Position numbers and translations under genes: made by a program
The notes under the pieces: model-generated
Databases searched by the model: none
What the model saw: the letters and a program-made list of their open reading frames with translations, nothing else
What the model was told of the DNA's origin: nothing
Shown: one piece after another, positions 47,560 through 56,530 of the stretch
Position numbering within the stretch: the stretch's first letter is position 1
Layout: the number at the start of each line of letters is the position of its first letter
Source: Candidatus Bathyarchaeota archaeon
GTDB lineage: Archaea > Thermoproteota > Bathyarchaeia > Bathyarchaeales > Bathycorpusculaceae
Direction: 5' to 3'
DNA: 64,000 bases
Assembly (NCBI GenBank): GCA_963760905.1
Contig: CAVXEQ010000005.1
Location: forward strand, 100,310 to 164,309

Positions 47560-48783
47560 GTGTTCATAGCGTGTTATGCTCTTGCTCTGAGCCGAAAAGT
47601 AAAGCTTGCATACGTATCAGTCGGCGCGTTAGTATCGTTAATCATTCTTGGGATTGTATCGTGGCAAGACACATTATTCAAAGCAATACAGTGGGATGTA
47701 CTGGCAGTTATTTGGGGATTTATGATGGTTTCTTTCATATTCTCCGAAAGCAAAATGCCTGAACTCATTGCCAACAAGATTTTAACCCACATTCAGACAG
47801 AGAAGTACGCCCTTATAGCGATTTGTGCGGTTGCCGCTTTTCTGTCAGCATTCATGGCAAACGTAGCGGTGCTTTTCCTCATGGCTCCCGTAGCCATCCA
47901 TATGGCGAGAAAACTGGGTTCGCCGCTCTTCCCCTATATTGTTTCGGTAGGTGTGTGCGCCAACATGGTAACAACAACCACCATGATAGCCGATCCCCCC
48001 GCGCTTATCTTGGCAATCCAAACGGGCCTGAAACCTTTGGATTTCTACTGGTTCCAGGGCAGAATCGGGCTAGGCGCAATTACCACAATAGGCGTAGTCG
48101 CAGCTTTGCTCACACTTCTGATTATATTCCGAAAAATGAACAAAAAAATAGAAATCGAGCCTGAAAAAATCAAAGTTGCCAAACTGCCAAGCATATTGTT
48201 CCTCGCAGGCGTCATAGTGTTATCTCTGGCTCCTGAAATTGGACTTAGCTTAGGTGTTGTAGGTTTAGCAGTCGGCGTAATAGCGCTTATCATAGGTGGC
48301 AAGGACGCGAAGAAAATGATGATAGAATTCGACTGGAACTCCCTGATATTTTTAGCTGCAATCTTCGGGGTGATATACACGGTAACGGCCTCAGGAATTT
48401 TAGCAGATGCTGCCCAAGCCCTAATCGCGAACGGCGCCAGCAACCCTACACTGCTGCTCGTAATCTTAACGTGGATGTCTGTGGGTTTATCAACTTTTAT
48501 TGATCCAAACGCCTACACCGTTCTGATGATTCCCATAGGTCAACAGCTCGGTGTCTTGGCGAACGTAAGTTCATGGCCTCTGCTTTTCGGTGTCCTCATC
48601 GGGACTGGGAGCGGAGCAAACATTCTTCCTATGGGAGCCGCTACGAACGTGTTTGCCTGTGGTCTCCTTGAAAAACAAGGTTGCTTGGTAAGCACAAAAG
48701 AATACATAAAGATTGGGCTACCCTTATCCGTGGTTGCAGTGGCGACGTCAAACTTGTTGCTCTGGATATTCTGGATGCGGTAA
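47560..48783 (+). CDS. ArsB/NhaD-superfamily (CitMHS/SLC13-like) anion or ion permease
   Basis: 407 aa, polytopic, with a two-half architecture. GTG is the first canonical start in frame. Confidence 0.75.
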   Translation: MFIACYALALSRKVKLAYVSVGALVSLIILGIVSWQDTLFKAIQWDVLAVIWGFMMVSFIFSESKMPELIANKILTHIQTEKYALIAICAVAAFLSAFMANVAVLFLMAPVAIHMARKLGSPLFPYIVSVGVCANMVTTTTMIADPPALILAIQTGLKPLDFYWFQGRIGLGAITTIGVVAALLTLLIIFRKMNKKIEIEPEKIKVAKLPSILFLAGVIVLSLAPEIGLSLGVVGLAVGVIALIIGGKDAKKMMIEFDWNSLIFLAAIFGVIYTVTASGILADAAQALIANGASNPTLLLVILTWMSVGLSTFIDPNAYTVLMIPIGQQLGVLANVSSWPLLFGVLIGTGSGANILPMGAATNVFACGLLEKQGCLVSTKEYIKIGLPLSVVAVATSNLLLWIFWMR

Positions 48784-48785
48784 AA

Positions 48786-48799
48786 TGAACAAACATTCA
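48786..48799. promoter_or_regulatory. Palindrome TGAA-CAAACA-TTCA (candidate operator)
   Basis: The same motif recurs at 49433-49446 and 50963-50976. Confidence 0.4.
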
Positions 48800-48840
48800 A
48801 CTTTTTTGCCGCCCATTTTTTATGCTGAAGGTGACTTATA

Positions 48841-49152
48841 ATGTCTGAAAAACATATGCCCTCTAAAAAAGGTAAGAACTTCAAAGAAGTAATCGAGCAA
48901 GAGAAAAACAAGGGAAAAACCCGCAAAAAAATAATGAAGCAGCTTACACATATCAACGCAGAGGTTATGTACGGAGGCTCGTTTCTATTGGTATTTGTAG
49001 TCTTGGACATTTTGATTTACTATCTCATAACGCCAAGCGTCTTCATTTGGGCAGGCGTCCTCATAGGGACTGCATTATTGAGCTCAATCTTTGCGTCACG
49101 TCTAACAAATACCCTCAAGAAGCAACAATGGAAATATGCTTCAAGCCAATAA
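48841..49152 (+). CDS. Hypothetical two-TM small protein with a basic N-terminus
   Basis: 103-aa ORF with GAAGGTGA upstream of the ATG. Confidence 0.45.
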   Translation: MSEKHMPSKKGKNFKEVIEQEKNKGKTRKKIMKQLTHINAEVMYGGSFLLVFVVLDILIYYLITPSVFIWAGVLIGTALLSSIFASRLTNTLKKQQWKYASSQ

Positions 49153-49432
49153 CCAATTCAATGTCACCGCTTCAAACAAATACAGCGTGAAAATTTAATC
49201 CTTAATTAAACGTTCAATTTACAGGCGTGACAATTTCAGCTATTTCCTGCTTTCAGGTTTGTTGCAACTTGATAATTTTTTGAACAGACATCAAAAAAAC
49301 CGTTAATTTATTGGATAACAATGAAAAATAACGCAGAGAGTGACGGGGTTTAAAAACAGCCGTTCAAGTTCAAGCTATTTAACGCTGCAAACGGATAGTT
49401 TTAAATACATGAATGGTCTATTTGCACAGAAA

Positions 49433-49446
49433 AGAACAAACATTCA
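49433..49446. promoter_or_regulatory. aGAA-CAAACA-TTCA candidate operator upstream of amt-2
   Basis: Lies about 30 nt downstream of TATA-like TTTTAAATA and 27 nt upstream of the ATG at 49473. Confidence 0.4.
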
Positions 49447-49472
49447 ATTACATCTGTCAAAAGGTGAATAAA

Positions 49473-50765
49473 ATGAGCGTTGTTATACCAACAAACTCTG
49501 GAGATATTTCATGGGTAATAGTTGCGACAGCATTAGTCATGCTAATGACACCCGCGCTGGGCTTCTTTTACGGTGGCCTAGTTCGGAGGAAAAACCTAGT
49601 ATCTACGATAGTTCAATGCTTCGCGATATTCGCCGTAATTAGCATAGTATGGGCGCTTTGGGGATACAGCTTAGTATTCGGAACAAGCTTTCACGGCATC
49701 ATAGGCTTCAGTCCAAATCTGCTGGCTTTGAGCGGCATAGATATTAACCATGTAACCCCGACCCTCGCGCCAACGATACCAACACTGCTTTACTTTGCAT
49801 TTCAGCTAAAATTCGCCGCCATCACACCGGCATTAATCATAGGTGCATGTGCAGAAAGAATCCGGTTCCGTTCACTATTAATTTTCATCATACTCTGGTC
49901 TACGATAATCTACATGCCAATCGCCCACTGGGTATGGAACCCCGAGGGTTGGCTACGCAGCTTAGGCGCTATAGACTTCGCAGGAGGAATAGTCGTTCAC
50001 GTCTCAGCAGGCTTATCCGCACTTGCCGCAGCGCTGGTGGTCGGAAGAAGAGCGGGTTGCGCTACTCCCTGGAAAGAACATATGAGAGCCATAGACAAAA
50101 AAGCTCGCGAAGTCGAGTTTAAACCAACTAACATCCCTTACGTGCTCCTCGGAGCAGCGCTTTTGTGGTTTGGATGGTTCGGTTTCAACGCCGGAAGCGC
50201 CCTTGCTGCAAATAACCAAGCAGTAAGTGCCTTGGTCACCACAAACTTAGCAGCTGCTGGAGCTGCAGTTAGCTGGATGCTTACCGACTGGGCAATCAAA
50301 GGGAAACCGTCAGCTGTGGGCATAGCCGTTGGCGCAGTAGTTGGTCTCGTTGCCATAACGCCAGCTGCGGGATATGTCAGCGTGAGCTCGGCGATCATTA
50401 TCGGGTTAGCTGCAGGCGTAATTAGCAACCTTGTTGCTAACTGGAGAGCAGGCAGAAGCCGAGTTGACGACTCGTTGGATGTCTTTGCCTGCCACGGCAT
50501 AGGCGGATTGTGGGGTTCAATTGCCACTGGACTATTTGCTTCAGCAGCGGTGGTCCCAGGCGTAAGCGGTTTGCTGTTTGGAAACGTACATCAGTTCCTT
50601 GCTCAGTTGGCAGCCATTGCAGTTGTGGTACCATTCGCGTTCTTTGGCTCCTACCTGCTGCTCAAGCTGGTCAACTTGTTTAGCCCATTGCGCGTTAGCC
50701 CCGAAGCTGAAGATGCAGGTCTGGACTTGAGCGAACACGGTGAAGAAGCCTACCATCTGGATTGA
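49473..50765 (+). CDS. amt: Ammonium transporter (Amt family)
   Basis: MTPALGFFYGGLVRRKN, AGGIVVHVSAGLSALAAALVVGRR and DVFACHGIGGLWGS motifs. AGGTGA lies upstream of the ATG at 49473. Confidence 0.95.
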   Translation: MSVVIPTNSGDISWVIVATALVMLMTPALGFFYGGLVRRKNLVSTIVQCFAIFAVISIVWALWGYSLVFGTSFHGIIGFSPNLLALSGIDINHVTPTLAPTIPTLLYFAFQLKFAAITPALIIGACAERIRFRSLLIFIILWSTIIYMPIAHWVWNPEGWLRSLGAIDFAGGIVVHVSAGLSALAAALVVGRRAGCATPWKEHMRAIDKKAREVEFKPTNIPYVLLGAALLWFGWFGFNAGSALAANNQAVSALVTTNLAAAGAAVSWMLTDWAIKGKPSAVGIAVGAVVGLVAITPAAGYVSVSSAIIIGLAAGVISNLVANWRAGRSRVDDSLDVFACHGIGGLWGSIATGLFASAAVVPGVSGLLFGNVHQFLAQLAAIAVVVPFAFFGSYLLLKLVNLFSPLRVSPEAEDAGLDLSEHGEEAYHLD

Positions 50766-50962
50766 ATAAGCGTTCAAGAGCTGACGCCCCCTTTTCCTTT
50801 TTTGTTGCGCATGCATTTTTTGAATGTTTTTCCGATTTCTTCTAAAATTGACTTTGGGAATTACGTTTTTGTCTGATGCTGGCTCTTTGTTTTGAACACT
50901 TGTCTTACATTCAGTTTTGAAGCGATGTAAATGAATAGTTTAAATATTTCTTCAATCATGAA

Positions 50963-50976
50963 TGAATAAACATTCA
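50963..50976. promoter_or_regulatory. Palindrome TGAA-TAAACA-TTCA candidate operator upstream of amt-3
   Basis: Lies about 20 nt downstream of TATA-like TTTAAATAT and 19 nt upstream of the ATG at 50995. Confidence 0.4.
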
Positions 50977-50994
50977 ACTTGGAAGTAGCTGGAG

Positions 50995-52302
50995 ATGTCG
51001 GCAGCCCCAAACTTCGGAGCAGGAGATATCGCGTGGGTACTTATGTCCACAGCCCTCGTGATGCTGATGACTCCGGCGTTAAGTTTTTTCTACGGTGGCT
51101 TAGTACGCAGAAAAAATCTGGTTTCCACGTTGGTTCAGTGCCTGATTATTTTCGCCGTAGTGAGCCTCATTTGGCTCTTCTGGGGCTACAGCCTCGTTTA
51201 TGGACCCAGCTTCCACGGCATTATAGGCAACCTGTCCTTAGCAGGTCTTTTCAATATCGGCGTAAATAGCGTCAGTCCTTACGCGCCAAAAATTCCTGAG
51301 TTATTGTTCTTTGCGTTCCAGCTCAAGTTCGCTGCAATCACACCCGCCCTAATCATCGGTGCCTGTGCGGAAAGAATCCGTTTTCGTTCTCTCTTAATTT
51401 TTGTTGTTTTGTGGTCTACCTTGATTTATTCGCCAATTGCTCATTGGATGTGGAATGTTAACGGTTGGCTACATGTTCTTGGCGCCGTGGATTTTGCGGG
51501 CGGTATTGTTGTGCATATTGCTGCGGGCTTAAGTGCGTTGGCAGCTGCCTTAATCGTGGGAAGACGGAAAGGCTGTGTCTACTGGAAAGATTATTCAAAA
51601 GTGTTAAATAGCAAAAGTGGAGCTGCATCGATTCCGCAAGCAACTGAGTTCAAGCCCACAAATATTCCGTATGTTATCTTGGGCGCAGGCTTGCTCTGGT
51701 TTGGTTGGTTTGGCTTTAATGGGGGTAGCGCTTTAGCAGCCGATAGCGTTGCGGTTTCAGCTGTTGTAGTTACTAACTTGGCAGCCGCGGCTGCAGCCGT
51801 AAGTTGGATGCTTCTAGACTGGATAATCAAAGGAAAACCGTCGGCAATCGGCATCTCAGTAGGTGCAGTTTGTGGATTGGCCGCAATTACTGCTGCTTCA
51901 GGCTACGTAACTGTCTCAGCTGCCGTAATTATTGGCTTAGCGGCAGGCATAATATCTAACTTGGTTGCTAATTGGCGCTCTGGCAGGTCCAGAATAGACG
52001 ATACTCTTGACGTATTCGCGTGCCACGGAATCGGTGGTATCATTGGAGCTATAGCGGTTGGATTGTTTGCGACCTTGATGGTTAATGACATTAACGGTGT
52101 GAACGGCTTATTCTACGGCAACGCATACCAGCTTGAAGTCCAGGTTTTGGCTGTGGGGGTTGTGGCGGCTTTCTCGTTTGTTGGCTCTTATCTGCTGTTG
52201 AGACTTGTTAATGTGTTCTCGCCGTTGCGGGTTAGTGCTGAAGAGGAAGATGCGGGTCTGGACATTAGCCAGCATGGGGAAGAAGCCTACCATCTCGACT
52301 AG
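50995..52302 (+). CDS. amt: Ammonium transporter (Amt family), close paralog of 49473..50765
   Basis: It carries the same motifs as amt-2 and is roughly three-quarters identical to it by eye. Confidence 0.95.
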   Translation: MSAAPNFGAGDIAWVLMSTALVMLMTPALSFFYGGLVRRKNLVSTLVQCLIIFAVVSLIWLFWGYSLVYGPSFHGIIGNLSLAGLFNIGVNSVSPYAPKIPELLFFAFQLKFAAITPALIIGACAERIRFRSLLIFVVLWSTLIYSPIAHWMWNVNGWLHVLGAVDFAGGIVVHIAAGLSALAAALIVGRRKGCVYWKDYSKVLNSKSGAASIPQATEFKPTNIPYVILGAGLLWFGWFGFNGGSALAADSVAVSAVVVTNLAAAAAAVSWMLLDWIIKGKPSAIGISVGAVCGLAAITAASGYVTVSAAVIIGLAAGIISNLVANWRSGRSRIDDTLDVFACHGIGGIIGAIAVGLFATLMVNDINGVNGLFYGNAYQLEVQVLAVGVVAAFSFVGSYLLLRLVNVFSPLRVSAEEEDAGLDISQHGEEAYHLD

Positions 52303-52341
52303 ATTAATTTTCAGGAAATTTGGGTTTTCTCTTTCTTCCAT

Positions 52342-53040
52342 TTAGAGTCCAGCGAGGAGCACTGCGATTATGCCGCTTAAGAAGACGCCGTCGAACGTGC
52401 CGGCTCCGCCGATGCTTGCAACGGGCGCGCCAAGCTTGGGAATTGCACGGAGATTTAGCAAGTCAGCACCGATTAACGTGCCGAGAACGCCTGCTACATA
52501 GGCGATTGTTCGGGGTTGAGCTGGGGAAAGTATTAGGGCTGCTACGGCGGCGGCTATGGGCGGGATTAATGCTGGCGTAACGATGCCCACTCCTTTTACG
52601 GGTCTGGCTACAGCTTGGGTTACAAGCGTAACGGCGGCTACGCCTACAATGCTGAGGAGAATAGTTGCTGGCGTTGATTTGGTGAGTAAGTAGATGCTGA
52701 CTGCTGTGGGTATTAGTGCGCCTCCAACGTTGACCGCGATTGTTGTAGTGATTTGGCCGTACTCGACTCGTGGAATTCGGTAGGTCATGCCAAAGGAACT
52801 TACGTATTCCTCTTTTATCATGGGACCTGTTGTTTTGACTCTCCACACTGGAATGTTGATTGTACTCCCAAGCAATGTCGCAATCAGAATTGTGAAGATG
52901 ATTGCGGGAGTGAAGCCGACGTTGGCAAAAGCAACGCCTACCACGCCGACGAAAACCAAACCTACAACGGCGACCAATAGGAACAGCAAGATTGCGAAAA
53001 CAAGAAAGCTGTGATGGATGTAGATTGTTTTTCGGCTCAT
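52342..53040 (-). CDS. DUF1614-like polytopic membrane protein
   Basis: 232 aa with INIPV... and VNVGGALIP motifs, as I recall them for DUF1614. The overlapping 52463..53092 ORF is an alternative-frame artefact. Confidence 0.55.
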   Translation of the reverse strand: MSRKTIYIHHSFLVFAILLFLLVAVVGLVFVGVVGVAFANVGFTPAIIFTILIATLLGSTINIPVWRVKTTGPMIKEEYVSSFGMTYRIPRVEYGQITTTIAVNVGGALIPTAVSIYLLTKSTPATILLSIVGVAAVTLVTQAVARPVKGVGIVTPALIPPIAAAVAALILSPAQPRTIAYVAGVLGTLIGADLLNLRAIPKLGAPVASIGGAGTFDGVFLSGIIAVLLAGL

Positions 53041-53440
53041 CTCGATTCCGCCTGCTGGGCACTTTTTTAACTAAATTGGAATATTTGGACAAATATTTGT
53101 TTTGGCTATTCGAAATGCAAATTCGCCTTTTCTAAGCGAAACAAACTCACGAAACATGAAGGTTTTGCATATCGTGTTGAAAGATGACGAGGGTACCCAA
53201 TTTTACTCCATCATCTTTGGGATTGAGCTGCAAGGAGATTATATTCTGCCCCTTTCACTTCAATTTCCTGCTGACTGAGTTTTGCCTTCTCCATGTAGGA
53301 TTCGGGTCTGTCCTTAAATTAAGAAGAAAATTCTTCTGAAGCTATTAGCTCCCTGTGCCCGGAACTTAGAACCTTAGATGAGATTCCTGTGAAAGGCTTT
53401 CTGGCAAATTTTAAATATTAAACGCAGTAACCCAATTTCT

Positions 53441-53962
53441 ATGGATGCCAAAGATTTAGTTCGGTACAATTTGGTTGTTCGCGGTTTGTATTTTGAGGCT
53501 TTGGCAAAATTAACTTGGAAACAAGCTAGTGAGCCTCGCGGGTTGAGTTTTGATTCGGCAAAAAACGTTTTCGTCCACCTTACACTTGTCGAAGATAGGT
53601 GGATAAACTTCATTTTGCAAAACCGCTTTAGCCAATGGAGAGACCCTGATTTTGAATCCTGCCAAGACTTCGCATCGCTTAAAGAATATATGCTGCATGT
53701 TAGGAACTGCACTGAAAAATTCTTGGAGAAACTTGAGCCTCATGATCTGAAGAAGAAGGTGATTATTCCATGGGGCAACAAACCGGACACACGAATAACC
53801 CTCGAAACCGCACTTACCCACATGGTCATGGAAGACATGGTTCACTACGGCGAATTATCTGCATTTCTTTGGCAGATGAAGATGGAAGCACCTTACTTTG
53901 CGTTTTGGCGTTACAAATACAATTTTGGTGAAAAAAAGAAAACTAACAGGAATGCAGTTTAG
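53441..53962 (+). CDS. DinB-superfamily protein
   Basis: Four-helix-bundle pattern with His positions (VHLTLVEDRW, THMVMEDMVHYGE). Confidence 0.7.
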   Translation: MDAKDLVRYNLVVRGLYFEALAKLTWKQASEPRGLSFDSAKNVFVHLTLVEDRWINFILQNRFSQWRDPDFESCQDFASLKEYMLHVRNCTEKFLEKLEPHDLKKKVIIPWGNKPDTRITLETALTHMVMEDMVHYGELSAFLWQMKMEAPYFAFWRYKYNFGEKKKTNRNAV

Positions 53963-54711
53963 AAAGGCCAGCGAGAGTTCCCGAATCGGAAAATGGGGTC
54001 CAACTCAGCTTTAATCGGAGAAATTACGTTATCCACTCGTTGAATGACTTCGCCCAGTTTTTCGTCCCCGTCAAAGTGCACTCTGACTTGGACTTCGCAG
54101 CCTAATCTTCGGTGCGCAAGCTCCACGTAGCCGCATTCGTCATCCCAGAAGTACTCATCCGCAAACTTACCGACTTCCTTCTCTGTTATAAAGTCAATAA
54201 CATCAAATCTGGACTCAATCTCTTCAATGATTTTGCCGTTTTTTCTTTTGAGGTTTCTGCGCGTGAAAACATCCAGTTTCTCAAGCCGCTGCGCGTACGT
54301 TTTAAGCGCTTTCGCTGCATCTGCAACGGTTGCCTGCTTAAGCTTTGGGGCAATTATGCCTAAGTGCGTTTCGACGTGTCCTTCACCGATAACGTCAGGG
54401 TGATCTCTGACTATGGAAAAAAGAAAGTCGCTAATCTGATCCTGAATTTTCTGGGTGGAATCCTGTCTTTTTCCTTTTTTGATTTCCTTAACTTTTTCTT
54501 TGGGAACATAAGCAGGGTAATATTTGGATAGAGCTTTTTTGTTTAGCCATCCGTACCAGAAGAAGACGTAGCCAAAGTTGGTTGGCACGGATTTTAGGCA
54601 GCCTTTGCCATTTTCTTCAGCGGTTATATCTACCAAGTCTAGGAAAAAGTCACGCATTGATCGATCAAGGGATGCCGCAGGGACATTTTGAAGCTCAAAT
54701 TTCGCCATCAT
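53959..54711 (-). CDS. Hypothetical protein (250 aa)
   Basis: Long ORF with balanced composition. No family recognised. Confidence 0.5.
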   Translation of the reverse strand: MMAKFELQNVPAASLDRSMRDFFLDLVDITAEENGKGCLKSVPTNFGYVFFWYGWLNKKALSKYYPAYVPKEKVKEIKKGKRQDSTQKIQDQISDFLFSIVRDHPDVIGEGHVETHLGIIAPKLKQATVADAAKALKTYAQRLEKLDVFTRRNLKRKNGKIIEEIESRFDVIDFITEKEVGKFADEYFWDDECGYVELAHRRLGCEVQVRVHFDGDEKLGEVIQRVDNVISPIKAELDPIFRFGNSRWPF

Positions 54712-54910
54712 GAATCTTCATAGCAGTAACCTTGAGACATTTATCCTGATTGGTTCCGCGACACCATAATATCTTGTGAAAATTGGGGTTTCGCAATATT
54801 TTGACGGTTAAAACCTGCAAGTTGTTAGCCGTAGCTATACCTCCATGTTACAAACCATTATTAGGTTATTTGACGAACAGGGAAGGTTACTGGAGATGTG
54901 AAAAAGCAAA

Positions 54911-55039
54911 ATGCTAAGCCGAGATTGTGATGGATGCGAACTCCTTGAACCCTGCGTCAAACGGTACCATATGGTTACCAAAGGAGAAAAAGTCTACTGC
55001 CCAGATGGAACTGCGCACTTAGTAGACCACAAACAATAG
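54911..55039 (+). CDS. Possible small Cys-rich protein (42 aa)
   Basis: Hand-translated: MLSRDCDGCELLEPCVKRYHMVTKGEKVYCPDGTAHLVDHKQ. The RBS is weak. Confidence 0.2.
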   Translation: MLSRDCDGCELLEPCVKRYHMVTKGEKVYCPDGTAHLVDHKQ

Positions 55040-55340
55040 CACATTTCATATCTTTTCCATTTTCTTGTGTCAAGTTGACAGTTCGTGATCTGCTAACGAG
55101 TCATTCTTTGCTTCACAGCTTTACCCGTACCGCCCGAAGTTAACAAATGACAACAAACCCAAGGTTAAAGACACAAAACTTTCACCAAAACTATCATTAT
55201 TGCAGCTATAGCAACATCAAAGGATTTCCACCACTTCATTAAGAAAGGAGAAAGACCAATAGTTGGCAAGAGCGCTACTTGAGTCTCTTAAGGCTTAAAT
55301 TACTCAAAGAGAATAAAATAACAGTACTGAAGGTTTTTTT

Positions 55341-56501
55341 ATGGTTAAGATTGTGGAAGATGTCTTTTCAAAAGGTTTCTTAGAAGTACAGGAAAATGAC
55401 ACGCTTTCTTCGTGTCTATCACATTTCAAAGAAGAGGGTCCGCCTGTTTTAGCAGTCTTCGATAATGAGGGCAGTTACAAAGGGGTTATTTCCAGAAAAT
55501 CGATAAAACGGTCCAGTTTTGATGCGTCTGGAACCAAAGTTAAAACTTTGACGCGGCCAGCGCCTGCCGTTGCACTGCAAGACTCTCTCAGCAAAGTCGC
55601 TAAGTTAATGATCGAAAGCGAAATCAGGCAACTTCCAGTCTACAGTGATGAGAAGCTCTTAGGTTTTGTAACAGATGAGGATGTTATCCATGGTGCTGTA
55701 ATGGAGCAGTGGGGTAACACTCATGTTGAAGAAATAATGACCAAGAAGCCGTTCATCATTGAAGAGGACGAATCATTGGGGGCGGTGCTAAGCCTTTTAA
55801 GAAGTGAGGGAATCTCTCACATCCCGATAGTTAAAGATGGAAAACTCGTCGGAATTGTGAGCATTTTCGATATTATTAAAAATATATTTCAGCCCAGACA
55901 TGTGCAAAGGTTTGGCGAAAGAGTAGGTGAGAAAGTTTCTGTTCTAAGTATTCCCGCGAAGGGCATAATGGTTAAGCCTGTGGTCACCGTTTTGCCTGAA
56001 ACCAAATTGCGAGATGCTGAAGAGCAAATGCACAAATTCGACATTTCCTCTTTGGTGATCGTCAGCAGAGGAAGACCTGTCGGAATCGTTACCAAAAGGG
56101 ACTTTCTTGAACCTCTAGCTCAAATGGAAAAACCAGTAGAAAGGCTCACTGTGCAGTTTTCAGTTAAAGACGTGGAAATTGATGAAATCCAACGAGGCGC
56201 CATTGTGGACGACTTCGAATCTTTCACCCACAGATACGGAGGAACCCTAGAGGCGGGCACACTATTTGTCTACATGAAGACGCATGGCACAAACTTCAAG
56301 GGTGATCAGTTAATTCACTGCCGACTGCAATTTAGAACAAAGAAGGGCGCATTTTTCAGTTCAGGCGAGGGTTATGGTGTCGAGCAAACGTTTAGGATAG
56401 CTTTAGATAGACTTGAGGGTCAAATTGTAAAAAGCACAGAATTAGCAAATGATCATGAATTTCTAAAGGGCTATTTGAGACGAAGATTTCCGTTGACATA
56501 A
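55341..56501 (+). CDS. Four-CBS-domain protein fused to a C-terminal HPF/RaiA (ribosomal S30AE)-like domain
   Basis: Two CBS pairs span aa 1-260. The C-terminal ~110 aa (LTVQFSVKDVEIDEIQRGAIVDDFESF...IHCRLQFRTKKGAFFSSGEGYGVEQTFRIALDRLEGQIVK) align by eye with the E. coli HPF pattern. Confidence 0.8.
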   Translation: MVKIVEDVFSKGFLEVQENDTLSSCLSHFKEEGPPVLAVFDNEGSYKGVISRKSIKRSSFDASGTKVKTLTRPAPAVALQDSLSKVAKLMIESEIRQLPVYSDEKLLGFVTDEDVIHGAVMEQWGNTHVEEIMTKKPFIIEEDESLGAVLSLLRSEGISHIPIVKDGKLVGIVSIFDIIKNIFQPRHVQRFGERVGEKVSVLSIPAKGIMVKPVVTVLPETKLRDAEEQMHKFDISSLVIVSRGRPVGIVTKRDFLEPLAQMEKPVERLTVQFSVKDVEIDEIQRGAIVDDFESFTHRYGGTLEAGTLFVYMKTHGTNFKGDQLIHCRLQFRTKKGAFFSSGEGYGVEQTFRIALDRLEGQIVKSTELANDHEFLKGYLRRRFPLT

Positions 56502-56530
56502 CGGTGAACTAAGCGAGTAAAGGTGAGCTA

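Noticed and set aside
52463-53092. 209-aa Arg/Ser/His-rich ORF
   Set aside because: It is an alternative frame of the DUF1614-like membrane gene (52342..53040). Its composition is typical of an out-of-frame translation.
53150-53310. Minus-strand MEKAKLSQQEIEVKGAEYNLLAAQSQR* followed in another frame by NPKDDGVKLGTLVIFQHDMQNLHVS*, considered as a frameshifted AbrB/SpoVT-like antitoxin
   Set aside because: The resemblance is too vague and no partner gene is present.
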